Program-made: the position numbers and the translations under genes
From: an uncultured Gammaproteobacteria bacterium
GTDB lineage: Bacteria; Pseudomonadota; Gammaproteobacteria; Steroidobacterales; UBA11654
Direction of reading: 5' to 3'
Assembly: GCA_902595845.1 (NCBI GenBank)
Contig: CACJRN010000002.1
Coordinates: forward strand, 142,879-206,878
Length of the DNA: 64,000 nucleotides
Notes under the pieces: model-generated
Databases searched by the model: none
What the model saw: only the letters and a program-made list of their open reading frames with translations
Told to the model about the DNA's origin: nothing
In this document: positions 62,189-64,000 of the stretch, in pieces
How positions within the stretch are numbered: the first letter of the stretch is position 1
Layout: every line of letters starts with the position of its first letter

Positions 62189-64000
62189 TTAGTGCTGTGT
62201 AACGGGATCTCCGATGTTTGGTGTTGATGAATCATCTTTGTCAGAATCATCAGAATTCCAGTCCTCTGGAGGCTTGGGTTCTTTATCGTTCATGATATCA
62301 GTGATCTGTGATTCTTCGATGGTTTCATATTTCATAAGTGCATCAGCCATATTGTGAAGTCTTTTATTATGCTTCTCTAAGATTTTAGTAGCGACTGAAT
62401 AAGCTTGATCAATGATTTTCCTAACTTCTTCATCAATTGTTTTAGCAGTTCCATCAGACATATGCTTGGTTTGCGTGACAGACCTTCCTAAAAATACCTC
62501 GCCTTCATCTTCACTGTATGCAAGTGGGCCAAGTTTGTCTGATAATCCCCACTTAGTTACCATGTTTCTGGCTATTTCTGTTGCACGTTCGATATCATTT
62601 GAGGCACCTGTAGTAACTGCGTCTTTTCCGAATATTAATTCCTCAGCTACTCTTCCACCGAATAAGCTAGTGATTTGTCCAATGAGTCTCTTTTTACTGA
62701 TGCTGTATTTGTCTTCTTCAGGAAGAAACATGGTTACACCCAAAGCTCTTCCCCTTGGAACGATTGTTACTTTATAAACTGGATCATGATCTTCTAAGTT
62801 TAGCCCAACGATGGCATGACCGGCTTCATGATAGGCAGTGAGTTTTTTTTCGTCTTCACTCATAACCAATGATCTTCTCTCTGTACCCATCATGATTTTA
62901 TCTTTGGCTTTTTCTAAATCATCCATATTTACATATTTCTTGTTAGCTCTTGCAGCGATAAGTGCTGATTCATTGACTAAATTAGCTAAGTCAGCACCAG
63001 AAAATCCTGGCGTACCTCTTGCAATGATTGATGGTTTAACGTTTTTATCGAGTGGGACTTTTCTCATGTGAACTTTTAGGATTTGCTCTCTTCCTCTGAC
63101 GTCTGGCAATGGAACGACAACTTGGCGATCAAATCTTCCTGGCCTTAACAGCGCTGCATCAAGGACGTCTGGTCTGTTTGTTGCCGCAATGACAATTACA
63201 CCAACATTGTCTTCAAAACCATCCATCTCAACCAATAATTGATTGAGTGTTTGCTCTCTTTCATCATGTCCGCCTCCTAGTCCAGCCCCTCTTTGCCTGC
63301 CTACAGCATCGATTTCATCTATAAAAATGATGCATGGAGAATGTGCTTTTGCTTCTTGGAACATGTCTCTGACTCTAGAAGCCCCAACACCAACAAACAT
63401 TTCAACAAAATCTGAGCCTGATATAGTGAAAAATGGAACTTTGGCTTCTCCAGCAATTGCTCTTGCAAGCAATGTTTTTCCGGTTCCTGGTGAACCAACC
63501 ATTAAAACACCTCTTGGTATTTTTCCACCCAGTCTTTGAAACTTGGATGGATCTTTTAAGAATTCTACGATCTCAATGACTTCTTCTTTGGCTTCTTCGA
63601 TACCTGCAACATCAGCAAAAGTTACGTTAACCTGATCTTCACCGAGTAGCTTGGCCTTACTCTTACCAAATGTCATCGCACCACGCCCACCGCCTATACC
63701 GCCTTGCATTTGACGCATGAAATAAATCCACACACCAATTAATAAGATCACGGGGAATGAGTTGATGAGTAAACTGACAAATAAATTTTGTTCCTTCTGA
63801 GGACTGGCGCTGATATTTACGCCTGAGCGATTAAGTTCACCAATAAGAGCTGTGTTGTCGGTTTCTGGATTGTAGGTCACAAATCGGTCGCCATTTATCC
63901 TTTTTGCTCTGATGATTTCATTCTCAAAAACGACTTCACTTACATTTCCAGTTCTCACTAACTCAAGAAATGTTGAGTAGTCCAACGTTTGCTGTCTCAT
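62189..64000 (-). CDS. ftsH: ATP-dependent zinc metalloprotease FtsH; N-terminus (first TM helix) beyond the right window edge
   Basis: [18 protein letters not shown] Walker [17 protein letters not shown] zinc site. The first residues in the window ([10 protein letters not shown]) align with about residue 30 of E. coli FtsH, so the ATG at 63998-64000 is probably internal. Confidence 0.96.
   Translation of the reverse strand: MRQQTLDYSTFLELVRTGNVSEVVFENEIIRAKRINGDRFVTYNPETDNTALIGELNRSGVNISASPQKEQNLFVSLLINSFPVILLIGVWIYFMRQMQGGIGGGRGAMTFGKSKAKLLGEDQVNVTFADVAGIEEAKEEVIEIVEFLKDPSKFQRLGGKIPRGVLMVGSPGTGKTLLARAIAGEAKVPFFTISGSDFVEMFVGVGASRVRDMFQEAKAHSPCIIFIDEIDAVGRQRGAGLGGGHDEREQTLNQLLVEMDGFEDNVGVIVIAATNRPDVLDAALLRPGRFDRQVVVPLPDVRGREQILKVHMRKVPLDKNVKPSIIARGTPGFSGADLANLVNESALIAARANKKYVNMDDLEKAKDKIMMGTERRSLVMSEDEKKLTAYHEAGHAIVGLNLEDHDPVYKVTIVPRGRALGVTMFLPEEDKYSISKKRLIGQITSLFGGRVAEELIFGKDAVTTGASNDIERATEIARNMVTKWGLSDKLGPLAYSEDEGEVFLGRSVTQTKHMSDGTAKTIDEEVRKIIDQAYSVATKILEKHNKRLHNMADALMKYETIEESQITDIMNDKEPKPPEDWNSDDSDKDDSSTPNIGDPVTQH

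Noticed and set aside
63998-64000. An ATG lies exactly at the window end, making ftsH look complete.
   Set aside because: Alignment by eye to E. coli FtsH places the first in-window residues at about residue 30, after TM1. The true start is upstream of the window.

Overview
This is a dense, AT-rich (roughly one-third G+C by eye) core-genome segment with gammaproteobacterial synteny. It looks like a streamlined marine lineage; I cannot name the taxon from sequence alone. I count about 62 CDS, 4 tRNAs and one gene relic. Cistrons very often overlap by 1-17 nt, and the intergenic spacers are tiny.

Left to right:
- A rhodanese-fdsG-fdsB-fdsA NAD-formate dehydrogenase operon. fdsA runs off the left edge and is missing from the supplied ORF track; I translated it by hand.
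- A co-directional run of seven unrelated enzymes: UbiH-family monooxygenase, NUDIX, MBL-fold, AGMO-like fatty-acid hydroxylase, M50 protease, amidase_2, amidohydrolase.
- A TonB-dependent receptor, then tRNA-Val.
- uvrB, an aminotransferase, then tRNA-Asn.
- gyrA-serC-serA-pheA-aroA-cmk-rpsA-ihfB-lapB on the minus strand.
- ubiG, a HAD phosphatase and an SDR.
- smc-zipA-(ligA relic)-scpA-scpB.
- queF and dksA.
- The classical tRNA-fMet-rimP-nusA-infB-rbfA-truB-rpsO-pnp cluster.
- A complete 14-gene nuoA-N operon.
- ftsH-glmM-tpiA-secG-tRNA-Leu.

I see no mobile elements, CRISPR array, integrase, toxin-antitoxin or defence-type genes. I see no multi-gene cluster of unknowns, so there is no convincing novel accessory system here.

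The most unusual content is reductive remodelling of housekeeping loci:
- an SMC with canonical heads but no recognisable hinge;
- a ligA gene reduced to about 46 codons;
- a minimal ZipA;
- a Cys-poor (Zn-finger-less) DksA;
- a GlpE-type rhodanese translationally coupled to the formate dehydrogenase genes;
- a full-length homologue of animal-type alkylglycerol monooxygenase.

All functional calls rest on motifs and synteny recognised by eye. No searches were run.
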